Shown here: positions 12,390 through 25,302 of the stretch, piece by piece
Layout: each line of letters starts with the position of its first letter
How positions within the stretch are numbered: the stretch's first letter is position 1
The notes under the pieces: model-generated
The model's database searches: none
What the model was told of the DNA's origin: nothing
What the model saw: the letters and a program-made list of their open reading frames with translations, nothing else
Source: Mobula birostris
Taxonomy: Eukaryota
Reading direction: 5' to 3'
Length of the DNA stretch: 64,000 nucleotides
Assembly: GCF_030028105.1 (NCBI RefSeq)
Contig: NC_092379.1
Coordinates: 16,504,719 to 16,568,718, forward strand
Made by a program: the position numbers and the translations under genes

Positions 12390-12710
12390 GAAAGAGTGAG
12401 AACGAGGGGCCACAGTTTGAGGATAAAGGGGAAGCCTTTTAGGACCGAGATTAGGAAAAACTTCTTCACACAGAGAGTGGTGAATCTGTGGAATTCTCTG
12501 CCACAGGAAGCAGTTGAGGCCAGTTCATTGGCTATATTTAAGAGGGAGTTAGATATGGCCCTTGTGGCTACGGGGATCAGGGGGTATGGAGGGAAGGCTG
12601 GGGCGGGGTTCTGAGTTGGATGATCAGCCATGATCATAATAAATGGCGGTGCAGGCTCAAAGGGCCAAATGGCCTACTCCTGCACCTATTTTCTATGTTT
12701 CTATGATCCA
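12390..12710 (+). mobile_element. CR1 LINE 3' fragment (one example of many in this window)
   Basis: Encodes RTRGHSLRIKGKPFRTEIRKNFFTQRVVNLWNSLP, followed by the CR1 3' stem-loop and a (TTCTATG)n tail. Confidence 0.9.
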
Positions 12711-15489
12711 TTTTCCCTCTAAGCCCCACTTCAAATGGTTCCAATTACATTTACTATCAAAGTATGCTTATACATTACACAACCTTGAGATTTGTCTGCT
12801 TACAAGGCAGTCACAAAGCAAGGGCCCAATTAAAAAACAAAAGACCAACCCCCAATGCGCAGAGAAAGAAAAAAAACACAAATCATGCAAACAACAGAAG
12901 AAAGCAAGAGCATTTCGAACCAAATTGAGTCCCTGGACCCGAATCCCTAGGCCTAAAGCCTTGGTCTCAGTTCGTCACGTTAGCAAGGCAAGCTGGCGCG
13001 AAGCTGCAGAGGGAGGAATGAAAATCACGGGCGAGCAAGCGAAATCGGCCCGACCCTTGCTTCCGGTCCCAGTGCCCTGCCTCTCAAGTCTGTCTGGGCT
13101 GGTGTTCGAATCATCCGAACATCGGGTCGTGCCTCGCTTTGCAACTGGGCCCGAGGTCAGTCTCCGGCCTTCTCCCCCTATCCCTTCGTGCCCTGACTAA
13201 TCAAGAGTCTATCAATCTCTGCCTTAAATATGCATAAAGATTTGGCCTCCCCAGCTGCCTGGGGCAAAGAGTTCCACAGATTCACCATCCTCTGGGTAAA
13301 GAAATGCCTCCTCATCCCCTCTATTCTGGTCCTCTGGTCTTAGACCCCCCCACCACAGGAAACATCCTCTCCACATCCACTCTATCGAGGCCTATGGTGG
13401 TCTCCATTAGCTGGGGTAACGTTGGTATAAAACTCTGCTTAGATGTATGTGTACTTTAGAGAGGATGCAGAGGAGATTTACCATGATGTTGCACCCGTTG
13501 AATTAAGAGAGATTGAGCGAGGTGGGGCTTTTCTCTTTGGAGTGAAGGACGGGAAGGGGTGACTTGATAGCGGAGTATACGATGATAAGAGACATCAATA
13601 GAGTGGACATCCAACATCTTTTCGCCAGGGTGGAGATCACTAGTATGAGAGGGTATAATCTGAAGGTGAATTGAGTACTGGGGGATAGTCAGAGGTAAGT
13701 GTGGTGGGTGTGGGGAATGCCCTGCTAGAGGGCAGTGGTATAGGCAAATGCATTTGGGACACATAGGCACATGGACGAGAGAAAAATGGAGGGCTATGTG
13801 GGAAAGAAGGGTTAGATTGATCTTACAGTAGGTTAAAAGTTCGGCAGAACATCGTGGGCCAACCGTTTATACTGTTCTAGCCTTCAAGAGGACCACAGCC
13901 TTGTCGTAGGGTTTGCAGGCTTGTGTGCCTCAATGACCTGGAGAGCGATGTCGGCTGGAGTCAGGGCCTTGTGCTTTGGCTCTTGGTAGGGTCACCCGTG
14001 CCAAACAGGTCAAAGGGCAGAGGCCAGAGGTCCACCGGTCCTCCAGGTTCGGGGGTTCAGCTCAGGGCTAACAACCCCGACTGTTCAAACAGCACTGTTA
14101 CAGAAGCAGCAATGAAGAATCCTTCTACATCGGGGTGCAACGGTATTCCTGAGTCTCCATCCGGGACAGGAGCGAAAACTGAGAGACAGCTCGGGGAGGT
14201 GAAGGGTAAGATTTGCGCTGAAGGGGAGAGGGGGGTAGGTTCAAGGGGGATGTGAGGGGTAAGTATTTTACTCGGAGAGTGGTGGGTGCCTGGAATGCAC
14301 TGCCTGGTATGGTGGTGGAGGCAAATACATTAGAGGCTGTGAAGAGACGTTTGGATAGGCACGTGGATGTGAGGAAGATGGAGGGATATGGACATGGTGT
14401 AGGTAAGAAGGATTAGTGTTTGGGTGTTTTTGATTTGCTTTTTATCTGGGTCAGCACAACACTGTGGGCCGAATGGCCTGCTCCTGTACTGTTCTATGTT
14501 CTAAGCTACTGACATGACAAAGGAAGCCCTGAACACCACCAGAGACGGAGGACCTTCATTGCTGCCCGAAACGCCAGCGGCGTAACAGACAGTGAGCAAG
14601 TGCTGTTCTGTGTTCAAAGTGCGAGGTGGTGAACTTTCAGAAGTCAGATGTTGGAGCAGGACACCAGAGTCAAGTGGACAGAGAACATTGGGAGTTTTCT
14701 CAGGACAACAACTTCTCCCTCAATGCCAACAAAACAAAAGGGCTGGCCATTGACTTCACAGAAAGGGGTCAGAGCACACACTCCTGTTTACATCAACAGG
14801 TCAAGAGGCAGCTAGGAGAGAACGTCAACAGCCTGTCCTGATCCAAGTACGCACATGCCGCAGACAAGAAAGCTCACCGACAGCCCTGCTTACTCAGGAG
14901 GCTGAAAACATTTAGCTTGTCCCCACTGACCCTCACCATTTCCTGTATCAACGAACCACAGATAGCATCCTTTCTACTAGTCATGGCACGGGCCTCTGCA
15001 GTATCCAAGACATCTCATGGAGCGGTGCCTCAGAAACGCAGCGTCCGTCATTAAGGACCCCCATCACCCAGGACATGTCCTCTTCACACTGTTACTGTCC
15101 GGTAGGAGGTACAGGAGCCTGAAGGCACACACTCAGTGATTCAGGAACAGCTTCTTCCCCTCTGCCACCAGGTTTCTAAACGGACATGTCCTTACCTGAG
15201 AAATTACCTAGAGCTACCCATAGCCCTCTATTTTTCTGAGCTCCATATACTTGTCCAGGAGTCTCTTAAAAGACCCTATCGTATCCGCCTCCACCACCAT
15301 CGCCGGCAGCCCATTCCACGCACTCACCACTCTCTGCGTAAAAAAAACTTACCCCTGACATCTCCTCTGTACCTACTTCCAAGCAACTTAAAACTGTGCC
15401 CTCTTGTGTTAGCCATTTCAGCCCTGAGGAAAAGCCTCTGACTATCCACACGATCAATGCCTCTCATCATCTTATACACCTCTCATCAT

Positions 15490-16400
15490 ATATATTTTTT
15501 ATTCATTCACGGGAGGTGGGCATTGCCAGCTACGCCAGCATTCATTGCCCATCCCTCGTTGCCCTTTAGAAGGTGGTGATGAGCTGCCTTCTTGAACCAC
15601 TGCAGTCCCTGAGGTGTAGGTACACCCACAGTGCTGTTAGGGGCAGAATTCCATGATTCTGACCCAGCGACAATGAAGGAACAGTGATATGTTTCCAAGT
15701 CAGGATGGTGAGTGACTTGGAGGAGGATTTCCAAGTGGGTGGTGTTCCCAGGTATCTGCTGTTCTCGTCCTTCTAGATGGTAGTGGTCGTGGGTCTGGAA
15801 GGGGCAGCCTTAGGAACTTTGGTGTGTTGTTGCAGTGCATCTTGTAGCCAGTACACACTGCTGTGACTGTTGGTCGATGGTGGAGGGATTGGATGCTTGT
15901 GGAAGGGGTACCAATCGAGTGGGCTGCCTTGTACTGGATGGTGTCGAGCTTCTCGAGTGTTGATGGAGCTGCACTCATCCAGGCGAGTGACGAGTATTAC
16001 ACTCCTGACCTGAGGCTTGTAAATGGTGGACGGGCTTTGGGGAGCCAGGAGGTGAGTTACACGCCGCAGGATTCCTAGCCTTTGATCTGCTCTGGTAGCC
16101 ACGGTGTTTATTTGGCTAGACCAGTTCAGTGTCCAGTCAATGGCAACCCCCGGGATGTTGATAGTAGGGGATTCAGTGATGGTGATGCCACTGAGTGTCA
16201 AGGGACGATGGTTAGAGCTTCTCTTGTTGGAGATGGTCATTGCCTGGGACTTGCATGGCTCGAATGTTACTTGACACTTGTCAGTCTGAGCCTGGATATT
16301 GTTGTTTGCTGTGTTTGGTATGAACTGCTTCACCATCTGAGGACTCACAATTGGTGCAGAACATTGTGCAGTCATCGGCGAACATCCCCACTTCTGGCCA
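15490..16400 (-). mobile_element. Degenerate CR1/L2-group LINE 3' portion
   Basis: Minus frames give WQVTFEP.K.QAMTISNKR, INIPGVAID..LNWSSQIN, and STIYK.QVRS-like RT C-terminal remnants. Confidence 0.65.
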
Positions 16401-17755
16401 TTTTTACTTCTTTTAACTATTTAATACATATATAAGTACTGTGATCCACAGTTTTCTCTTTCTCTCTATTATTATGTATTGCCTTGTACAGCTGCTGCAA
16501 AGCTCACAAACTTGCTCGTGATATTATACCTGTTCCTGATTCTGATCTGGTTGTATTGCCGACCGGCACAGCAGCCACTTTGCCCGTGACTGCAAGAAAC
16601 CGCAGAGAGTCGCGGACGCACCCCGGCACGTCACGGAAACCAGCCTCCCCTCCACAGACTCTGTCGACACTTCTCACTGCCTCAGTGAAGCAGCCAGCGT
16701 TATCGAAGACCCCATCCACCCGGACATTCCCTCTTCTCTCCTGTCCCATCGGGCAGAAGACACAAAAGCCTGAAAGCACATATCACCAGGCTCAGGGAGA
16801 GCTTCTATCACACAGGTATCAGGCTCTTGTACCATAAGGTAAACTCCTGACTTCACATTGTTATGATATTGCATGTCATTGTCTGCACCTCACTCTCTCT
16901 CTCTCTCTCTCTGTAGTTAATTATTCTGCATTGTGTTACTGTTTTACTTTGTTCTTTCTCACTCTCTCTGTAGCTGTGGCTCTCTATTCTGCAATCTATT
17001 ACTGCTTTACCTTGTTCTACCTCAGTGCACTGTGTAACGAATTGATTTGTACGAACAGTAAGCAAGACAGGTTTTTCCAGTGTATCTCAGTGCACATGAC
17101 AATAACAAACCAATTTATCAATTCCAATGAGGTTTATGAGATCATGAACGGCACCGATATAGCAGACAGCTTTTATCTTTTGGTACATTCTCCTTCATAA
17201 ATCAAGCTACTCAGCACAGGAGATGGGATGTTATGTTGCAGTTGTATAAGACGTTGGTGAGGCCTAAATTGGAGCCCTGTGTGCGGTTTTGGCCACCTAC
17301 CTACAGAAAAAATGTAAACGAGGTGGAAAGAGTACAGAGAAAATTTGCAAGGATGTTGCCAGATCTGGAACACCTGTGTTATGATGAGAGATTGAATACG
17401 CTAGGACTTATCCCTTGGAATGTAGAATATTTAGAGGAGATTTGATAGAGGTGTTCAAAACTATGAGTGGTATAGATAGGGTGAATGCAAGCAGGCTTTT
17501 TCCACTGAGGTTGGATGGGCCTACAACTAGAGGTCATGGGTTAAGGGTGAAAGGTGAAAAGCTTAAGGGGAAACTTCTTCACTCAGAGGCTCGTGAGGAT
17601 CGAACCTTCCATCAGCCGGCGAATAAAGGCTGTGCGCGTCGACTGGAAGCTGGCTGTGTTTTGCTTGATGCGTGCGTGTGTTTTGGGAACCTGTTGAGGG
17701 AAAGAGAGTGGGGAAGGAACGGAAATTGCTGGGAGGGGGTCGTGTGGGTCCGGTA

Positions 17756-18988
17756 ATGGCGGACAAGAGAAGAGGTGGGATTGAGGGAAAGAAAGTGGAG
17801 AAGGAGAGGGATAGAGACTTGGGACCAGAGGTAGGCAGCTGGGGAGAGGTGGATTATTGTGAAGGGAGAAATAAAGGGAATGAGGAGGTAGTGAGGGGTC
17901 GGATGAATAAAAACCAAGACAGAGGGAATAAAAGAATAAGAAATGATAGTGGAGAAAGCTCAGAAAGTGAGGAAAATGAACAAGCTCAGAGAGGAGGTGT
18001 TGTCATAATTAGGTTTAATGAGAAGGCTCAGGGACATATGAAGAAAATTAACCCGTTTGTGCTAACAACAACTCTGACAAATAAGATAGGGGAAATAGTA
18101 TTTGCAAAAGTCCTTAATGATGGCAACTTATTGGTAAGATGTGGGAATGAGGAACAACTTGAGAAAGCACTCAAGCTAAAAGAGATAGGAAAATGCAAGG
18201 TGGAATACACTGGGAGGGTGGGAGCACAAAACAGTGGTTGTAAAGGAGTGATCACGGGGATACCAATGAGTATAAATATGGAGGAGATAAAGAGGAATAT
18301 CAAAGGAGGGAAAGTAATGAATGTTCAAAGACTGAAAACAACAAAGGAGGGAGTGAAAAAGGAAAGTGAATCTGTATTGATTGAATATGAAGAAGAAAGA
18401 GTGCCAAGGAAGGTGTTCCTGGGTTTCATGAGTTACCCAGTAAGGGTGTATGTGCCAAAGCCACTGAGGTGCTATAATTGTCAAAGGTTTGGACACGTGG
18501 CTAAAAACTGTAAAAGGCAGAGGAGATGTGCTAGATGTGGGGGTGATCATGAATATGGAAAGTGCGGAACAAGAGTTCAACCAAAATGCTGCAATTGTGG
18601 AGGAGCTCATAATGTTGCATATAGTGGGTGTGAGGTTGTCAGACGGGAGACTAAAATTCAAGAAATAAGAGTGAAAAGAAAGATCACTTATGCAGAAGCT
18701 GTAAGAATGTCAAGAGAACAGAATAATGCTCCTAATGAACAGGGAGCAGTAGGGATACGAGAGATGCAACAAAGAACAAATGACAGGATTTATGTAGACA
18801 AAAAGGCTCTAGTAACATTCATTGCAGGAGTGATTAATAGTACGGCTGAGGTAAAGTCAAAAAGTGACAAAATTCAGCTGGTGGTAAAAGCAGCAGTAAA
18901 CCATTTAGGGTTAGTAGGACTGACGTGGGAGGAAGTGAGGGAGAACCTCAGTAATCAGTCAAGCCAGGAAGTGTCATGTGTTGGTTAA
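17756..18988 (+). CDS. LINE ORF1, gag-like protein with three zinc knuckles
   Basis: Open from ATG 17756. Motifs CYNCQRFGHVAKNC, CARCGGDHEYGKC and CCNCGGAHNVAYSGC. Confidence 0.9.
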   Translation: MADKRRGGIEGKKVEKERDRDLGPEVGSWGEVDYCEGRNKGNEEVVRGRMNKNQDRGNKRIRNDSGESSESEENEQAQRGGVVIIRFNEKAQGHMKKINPFVLTTTLTNKIGEIVFAKVLNDGNLLVRCGNEEQLEKALKLKEIGKCKVEYTGRVGAQNSGCKGVITGIPMSINMEEIKRNIKGGKVMNVQRLKTTKEGVKKESESVLIEYEEERVPRKVFLGFMSYPVRVYVPKPLRCYNCQRFGHVAKNCKRQRRCARCGGDHEYGKCGTRVQPKCCNCGGAHNVAYSGCEVVRRETKIQEIRVKRKITYAEAVRMSREQNNAPNEQGAVGIREMQQRTNDRIYVDKKALVTFIAGVINSTAEVKSKSDKIQLVVKAAVNHLGLVGLTWEEVRENLSNQSSQEVSCVG

Positions 18989-18996
18989 TACTAATT

Positions 18997-21900
18997 ATGG
19001 TGATTCTTTTACAATGGAATGCAAGGAGCTTACTGGCCAATAGCCAGGAATTCAAGCACTTTATTAAAGAAATGGTTGTAAAACCGGATGTAGTGTGTAT
19101 TCAGGAAACTTGGTTGAAACCAACTTTAGACTTTGTGGTATATAGGTATACAATGATAAGGAAAGATAGAAATCTAGGGGGAGGAGGGGGTTGTGCTATG
19201 TTAATCAAGCAAGGTGTACCATATAGGGTACTGGAAAAAGGAGATGATCAGGAATACATAGCGGTGGAAGTGTGGGAGAGAGGGGAGGGAGTGGTTATAA
19301 TTAACTACTACAATCCATGTAAAAGGTTGGATTTGGACAGCCTATTAAAGATACAAGGACAAAACGGACATAAAGTAGTGTGGTGTGCAGATTTCAATGC
19401 TCATAGCACAATATGGGGGGGATCAGATTACAGATCCAAATGGAAAGGTAATTGAAGATTTGATGGAAGAAAGGGATTTGGTGTGTATGAATGATGGTAA
19501 CGACACAAGGATAGATATAACAACAGGAACTGAGTCAGTGTTAGATATTACGTTAGTGTCTAATACCTTGGCTGGCATTAGTAACTGGGGAGTTTGGACT
19601 GCTTCAACAGTAGGCAGTGATCACTACCCAGTTTTGTGTTCAGTGGGTGAAAGAGTTGAAGTAAGACCAGGTGGCGGAACCCCAAAGTGGGTGTTTGAAA
19701 AAGCTGATTGGGGTAAGTTCCAGAAGTTGAGTGAAGAAGGGTTGACAAAGATTGATATTTCTGGAAATGTAGATGAATTAAACAGTCAGGTGACTTCAGC
19801 AATTATCATGGCAGCAGAAGGATCTATACCAAGGAGTAAAAATAGGATGAATAGAAAACTGGTACCATGGTGGACAGAGGAATGTTGTCAGGCTGTAAAA
19901 AACAGAAATAGAGCATTCAGGCTAGTTAAAAGAACCCATAATATGCAGCATTTGGTTCAATATAAGAAAGCACAGGCAGTGGTGAGGAGAACTATACGTC
20001 AAGCTAAAAGGGCAAGTTGGAGGAGTTTTTGCGACAAGGTAGGAAGAACAACACCTGTGGGAGAGATATGGGGAATGATTAAGAGGATGGGAGGAGATAG
20101 AAGGGAATGGGAATATCCAGTAATGATATCTGAGGAGGAAACTGCAATCTCCAGTAGGGATAAGGCTGAGGTCATGGCCAAGTCGTTTGTACTGATACAT
20201 AGTTCAGAAAATTTGTCTGAAGAAGGGAGAAGAAGAAGGGAAAGAATAATGAGCCAACACCCAGGTGTGTTAAGCAGGAGGGAAGGAACAGATGAAATAA
20301 TTGATGAACCATTTACATTAGCAGAAATGGTGAGAGCAATAAACAGATCGAGACCAACCTCCCCAGGGAAAGATCTGATATGCTCTGTGATGCTAAAAAA
20401 TCTAGGAGAAGGAGCGTTCTTGAAGTTGCTGCATTTTTATAACAGAGTGTGGGAGGAGGGAAGATTACCAAGTGCATGGAAAGAAGCAGTAGTAATTCCA
20501 ATAAGGAAGCCTGGCAAGGATCTGTCAAAACCCACTAGCTACAGACCAATTGTATTAACATCAAGTATATGTAAGATAATGGAAAGGATGATAACAGAAT
20601 GGTTATCATATGAGCTTGAGAAAAGGGGAATGCTGGCAAGTTACCAGAGTGGTTTTAGAAAGGGAACGAATTCCATGGACTCAGTGATTATGTTAGAGAC
20701 TGAAATAAGGAAGGCCCCGGCAAATAGAGAGTCAGTAGTGGCAGTGTTCTTTGACATTGAAAAAGCCTATGATATGATGTGGAAGGAAGGATTATTAATT
20801 AAACTGCACAAGATGGGGGTTGGTGGGAGAGTTTTTAATTGGATTAAAGATTTTTTGTTTGGTAGAAAAATTCAAGTTCAGATTGGATCAGAATTATCAA
20901 AACAGTACATAGTGGAAAATGGCACACCTCAAGGTAGTGTGATTAGCCCGTTACTTTTCATCATTATGATCAATGATGTCTTCACAAAGGTACCAGTGGA
21001 TATAGGTAGGTCACTGTTTGCGGATGATGGGACCTTGTGGAAAAGAGGCAGGAACATGGACCATATAATCAGGAAACTACAAGAAGCAATTGATGAAGTG
21101 GTGGAGTGGGGTTATGATTGGGGATGTAGATTTTCAGTAGATAAAACTCAAACTGTATTTTTTACCAGGAAAAGGGTTGAGGTAGGGAAGAAGTTAAGAA
21201 TGTATGGGGTTGAATTAGAAAGGGTTGCATCATTTAAATTTCTGGGAGTTATATTTGATTCACGATTAACATGGGCAGACCATATCAGGAAAGTTGAGCA
21301 GAAATGTAAAAAAGTAATAAATGTGATGAGATGTTTGACTGGTAGAGAATGGGGAGCAAGTTGTTCAGCTTTGAAGAGAATGTATGTGGCTTTAGTGAGA
21401 TCTGTGTTGGACTATGGAAATGTAGTATATGGATCAGCAGCTAGGTCTCTTATAAGGAAACTGGATGTGATTCAGGCTCAGGCCTTGAGAGTGTGCAGTG
21501 GAGCTTTTAAAACGTCACCAGTGTCAGCCCTACAGGTAGAAATGGGAATAATGCCTTTGGAACTAAGAAGGATGCAACTGATGGCAAACTACTGGGCTAA
21601 CTTGCAGGGGCACAATGATTCTCACCCTACTAAAGGAGTGTTGCAGCAGTGCTGGGAAAATGGGAGGTTTCAGAGGGATACCTTTAGTCGGGTAGGGAAT
21701 GATATCGCGAAAGAATGTGGAGTATTTGATCTGAGAATAAGTCCTTCAGTAGTTTATCCGGTTGTAGCTCCATGGAAGCTTGTATGGCCTGACATAGACT
21801 GCCATTTGTTAGAGGTAAAAAGGAAAGAAAGATATAAAATAGATTTGGTAAATGCATTTAACTGTCATGTGATGGAAAAGTATAGTGATTATACTCACAT

Positions 21901-22753
21901 TTATACGGATGGTGCGAAGGAACCTGAAACAGGAGTGACAGGGTTTGGGGTGGTAATACCAGCAAAAGAAATTGGAATCAGCAGAAGAACATCTAATAAG
22001 TTAGGGGTGTTTACAGTGGAGATGCTGGCAGTGTTGGTTGCGTTGCAATGGGTGCAGAAAGCCAGACAAGCCAAAGCATTGATATGTTCAGATTCATCTT
22101 CAGTTCTAGCAAATTTAAGGTCTTTTCACACAAACAGTCGGCAAGATGTACTTTATGAAGTCCTTCAGTTAGTTACAAGAATTGCAAATCAGGGAGGTCA
22201 GGTAAAATTTCTATGGGTTCCAGCACATGTAGGGGTGAAGGGGAATGAGAGGGTGGATGAGTTGGCAAAGAGGGCATTAAAGAAAGAAAATGTGGAAATG
22301 CACATTAGTATCAGTAAAGCAGAGGTTAAGTGTGTAATCTGGGCAAAAGTCAACCGAATGTGGCAAGAAAGATGGGACAGGGAGGGGAAAGGGAGGCATT
22401 TATATCAAATACAAAAGAGTGTTGCAGTTACTAGGGTAGGTAATGGAAACAGAAGAGAGGAAAGTATGTGGACTAGGTTAAGGCTGGGGCATTGTGCATT
22501 AAACAAAACATTGAAAATGATAGGGAAACACCAGACAGGATTGTGTGAGGAATGTCAGGAAGAGGAGTCAGTAGAACATGTAGTTCTGAGTTGCAGGAAG
22601 TATGAGATACAGAGAGAGATGATGAGAAATAAATTAAGGGAGTTGGGGATGCAGGAATTCACATTAAAAGGGTTGCTGGGCATGGGTGAGAGAGCACAAG
22701 TCCGGGTATTTTTAGCGTTTTTAAGGGGTACAGGGGTTTTTTATAGAATATGA
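18997..22753 (+). CDS. LINE ORF2: AP endonuclease, reverse transcriptase, RNase H and C-terminal Zn motif; one frameshift at the G7 run 19415-19421
   Basis: EN motifs LQWNARSL, IQETW, DFNAH and GSDH. RT motifs YRPIVLTS, FFDIEKAYD, GTPQGSVISP and LFADD. RNase H motifs IYTDG, VEMLAV, ICSDS and WVPAHVGVKGNERVDELAK. C-terminal CEEC...EHVVLSC. Confidence 0.9.
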
Positions 22754-22813
22754 CGAATAAACAGGAATAGGATACTAGGATGGTCAAAGATGGGAGGGTG
22801 AAGTGTAGGTTTG

Positions 22814-22849
<36 letters not shown>

Positions 22850-24303
22850 AGTGTGTGAGTGATTGGGTGAAGGGATTTAGAGTGTATGTCTAGTGCACAT
22901 TCCGGAGCAGAGGGTGGCGGTAATGCACCATTAAGCTGGATGCCAACCGCCGTAGAACAAGATACAGACAGACAGAGGCTCGTGAGTGTGAAATAAACTG
23001 CCAGCATAAGTGGTGCGTTCGAGTTCGATTTCAATGTTTAAGAGAAGTTTGGGTAGGTACACAGGTGGGAGGGTTATGGAGGGTGCAGATCAACGAACCT
23101 AGACAGTTTCAATGGTTCGTCACAGCCTGCTCCTGTGTTGTCCTTTTCTATGACCATATCGTTTCACCCCAGGGTCAAAATATCAAATACAAGAGAGCAT
23201 GCATTTAAGGTGAAAGTCTTTTTCTTTTATGGAAGTTTGTATGGCGTATAGCTCTGGGTTTGTGCTCCAAGTGGGTTTTTTTTCTCGTTTTTTTTGTTAG
23301 CTGGGTTTTTTTTTAGTTAGTAGGGGTTCTTTTTTCCAAAAAAAAATAGCTTTAACATTTTTTAAATTATTATTACTATTGATATATTGTTTAGCTTGGT
23401 TAATAGTTTGAATCTTATTATTGATATATTGACTTGATTATTTCAATGTTTTTTTTGTTGTCGATTTTCAATAATAATTAATAAAAAGATTTAAAAATTG
23501 AAATGAAATGAAAATTCAAAGGAGATGCGGGGGCAAGTTTTGCACGGAGTGTGACGGGTGCTGGGAGCGGTTGTGGAGGCAGGAACGACGGGGGCGGTTA
23601 AGGCGTCCTTAGATAGACTCGTGGATGAGCGAGCGAGGGAGAGATATCGATCACAGGAAGGCAGATGAGATTAGTTTAGTTTAATTAGGGCTCAATAGCT
23701 GTGCACAACGAGGGCCTGTTTCTGAGCTGCGCTGATGTGTGTCTCCGTGCTTAGAGGAACCTCTGAACACGGTGAAAGAAACTAGGCCAGAGTCAAGCTG
23801 ATGGGGGCGTCATTTGCAGCCATTTTCCAAGCGAGGAGATGCACTCTAGGAGGATAAAATGAAGGCAAGGCTTCCACAGTGAGTGGCAGGGCCATGGTGA
23901 GTGTTGTAGGCCAGAGGGACCCAGGGGCCCGAAGTATGTGGCCCCCCCCGAAAGCAGAGTCACAGGTAGGCCGGGTGGTGAAGAAGGCGTTGGGCACGCT
24001 GACTTTCGTCAGTCAGGGCACTGGGTACAAGAGTTGTGACCGTTATTTTGCAGTTGTGCAGGACGCTGGTGAGGCCGCACTTGGAGTATTGTGTTCTGCC
24101 TGGTCACCCTGTTGCAGGAAAGATGGTATTAAACTGGAGAGAGGGATTGTTGAGCAAGTTCGGACTTTACTCCTTAATTTGGTCTATCAAATCTCAGTTA
24201 CATCCTCATAAACCTCTAAACCTTTCCTAACTGTGTACCCGCCCAAGTGCCTTTTAAAAATTGTTAACGTGCCAGCCTCAATGTGCATGCCCAATATTGT
24301 GTT

Positions 24304-24535
24304 GGGCACGTGGCCAAGTGGTCGAGGCATTCACCTAGTGATCTGAAGGTTGCTAGTTTGAGCCTCAGCTGTGGCAGCGTGTTTGTGCCCTTGAGCAAGG
24401 CACTTAATCACACATTGCTCTAGTGTCTGTGCGAGGGCTGGCGCCCCACACAGACTTCCAATCTGCGCCTTGTAAGGCATGGAAATGCCCGACGCAGGCC
24501 TCTCGTGGTCCAAGTCGACGTTCCCTCCCCCTGCC
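24304..24535 (+). mobile_element. tRNA-derived SINE
   Basis: A-box-like TGGCCAAGTGG, a degenerate B box, and CCCTTGAGCAAGGCACTTAA, a motif common in fish SINEs. Confidence 0.6.
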
Positions 24536-25302
24536 TGCCTCCATCACTTCCTCTGGTAGCTCTTTCCATATACAAACCACCCTCTGGGTGAAAAAATTGC
24601 CCCTCAGGTTCCTATTAAATCTTCCCTCTCTCATTCTTAAACCAGTGCCCTCTGGTTCTTGATTCCCCCAACCCTGGGGAGAAAGACTGCACGCATTCAC
24701 CCTATCTGTGCCCCTCGTGGTTTTATACACCTCGATAAGGTCACCCTTCACTCCAAGGAGTAAAGTCCCAACCTCTCTCCATAACTCAGTCTGTGGGAGA
24801 CCTGGCAACACCCTCTGCGCTCTTTTCAGCTTAAAGGCATCTTTCCTAGAGCAGGGCGACCACACCTGAACACAATACCCAGCGGCCTCAGCAGCATCTG
24901 GTACACCTGCAATACCGTGTCCCAGGGCTCAGGGCCCTGACCGGATGGAGGTCAGGGTACCCAGTTGTTTTCCTTACCACCCTGTCGACCTGCGACTGGG
25001 GGGGAAAAAAATTGTTGAGCTAAAGAGTTAATGAATTACTTTTGGCACTGTGTAGTCTAGCCTTCAGCTGTTTGCACTGATCTTGACTGATAAGGTGGAG
25101 TTAACAGGCAGAGTCATTGCTGGCATGTCTTGGCAGATGGAGCAATCGACTACGTTTAATCAGCAATGCCTACTTCCCTTCGCAGGGCGGGGGTGCAGAC
25201 TGTAAGCATTACATCACAACGTTTACAAAGCAGTGACGAGAGCGTGCTTGCAGCACTGCGAGTAGTTTTGGCCCCCCCCCCCATCGAAGAAAAGATGGAA
25301 AC

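Larger units (their letters stand above)
17598..22972 (+). mobile_element. Full-length Nimb-like (I-group) non-LTR retrotransposon, 5375 bp, inserted into a CR1 3' end
   Basis: Direct repeat CAGAGGCTCGTGAG at 17584-17597 and 22973-22986 (14-bp TSD). It has two ORFs, a 3' GGCGGT...ACCGCC stem-loop and an (ACAG)n tail. The flanks rejoin into CR1 sequence. Confidence 0.9.
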
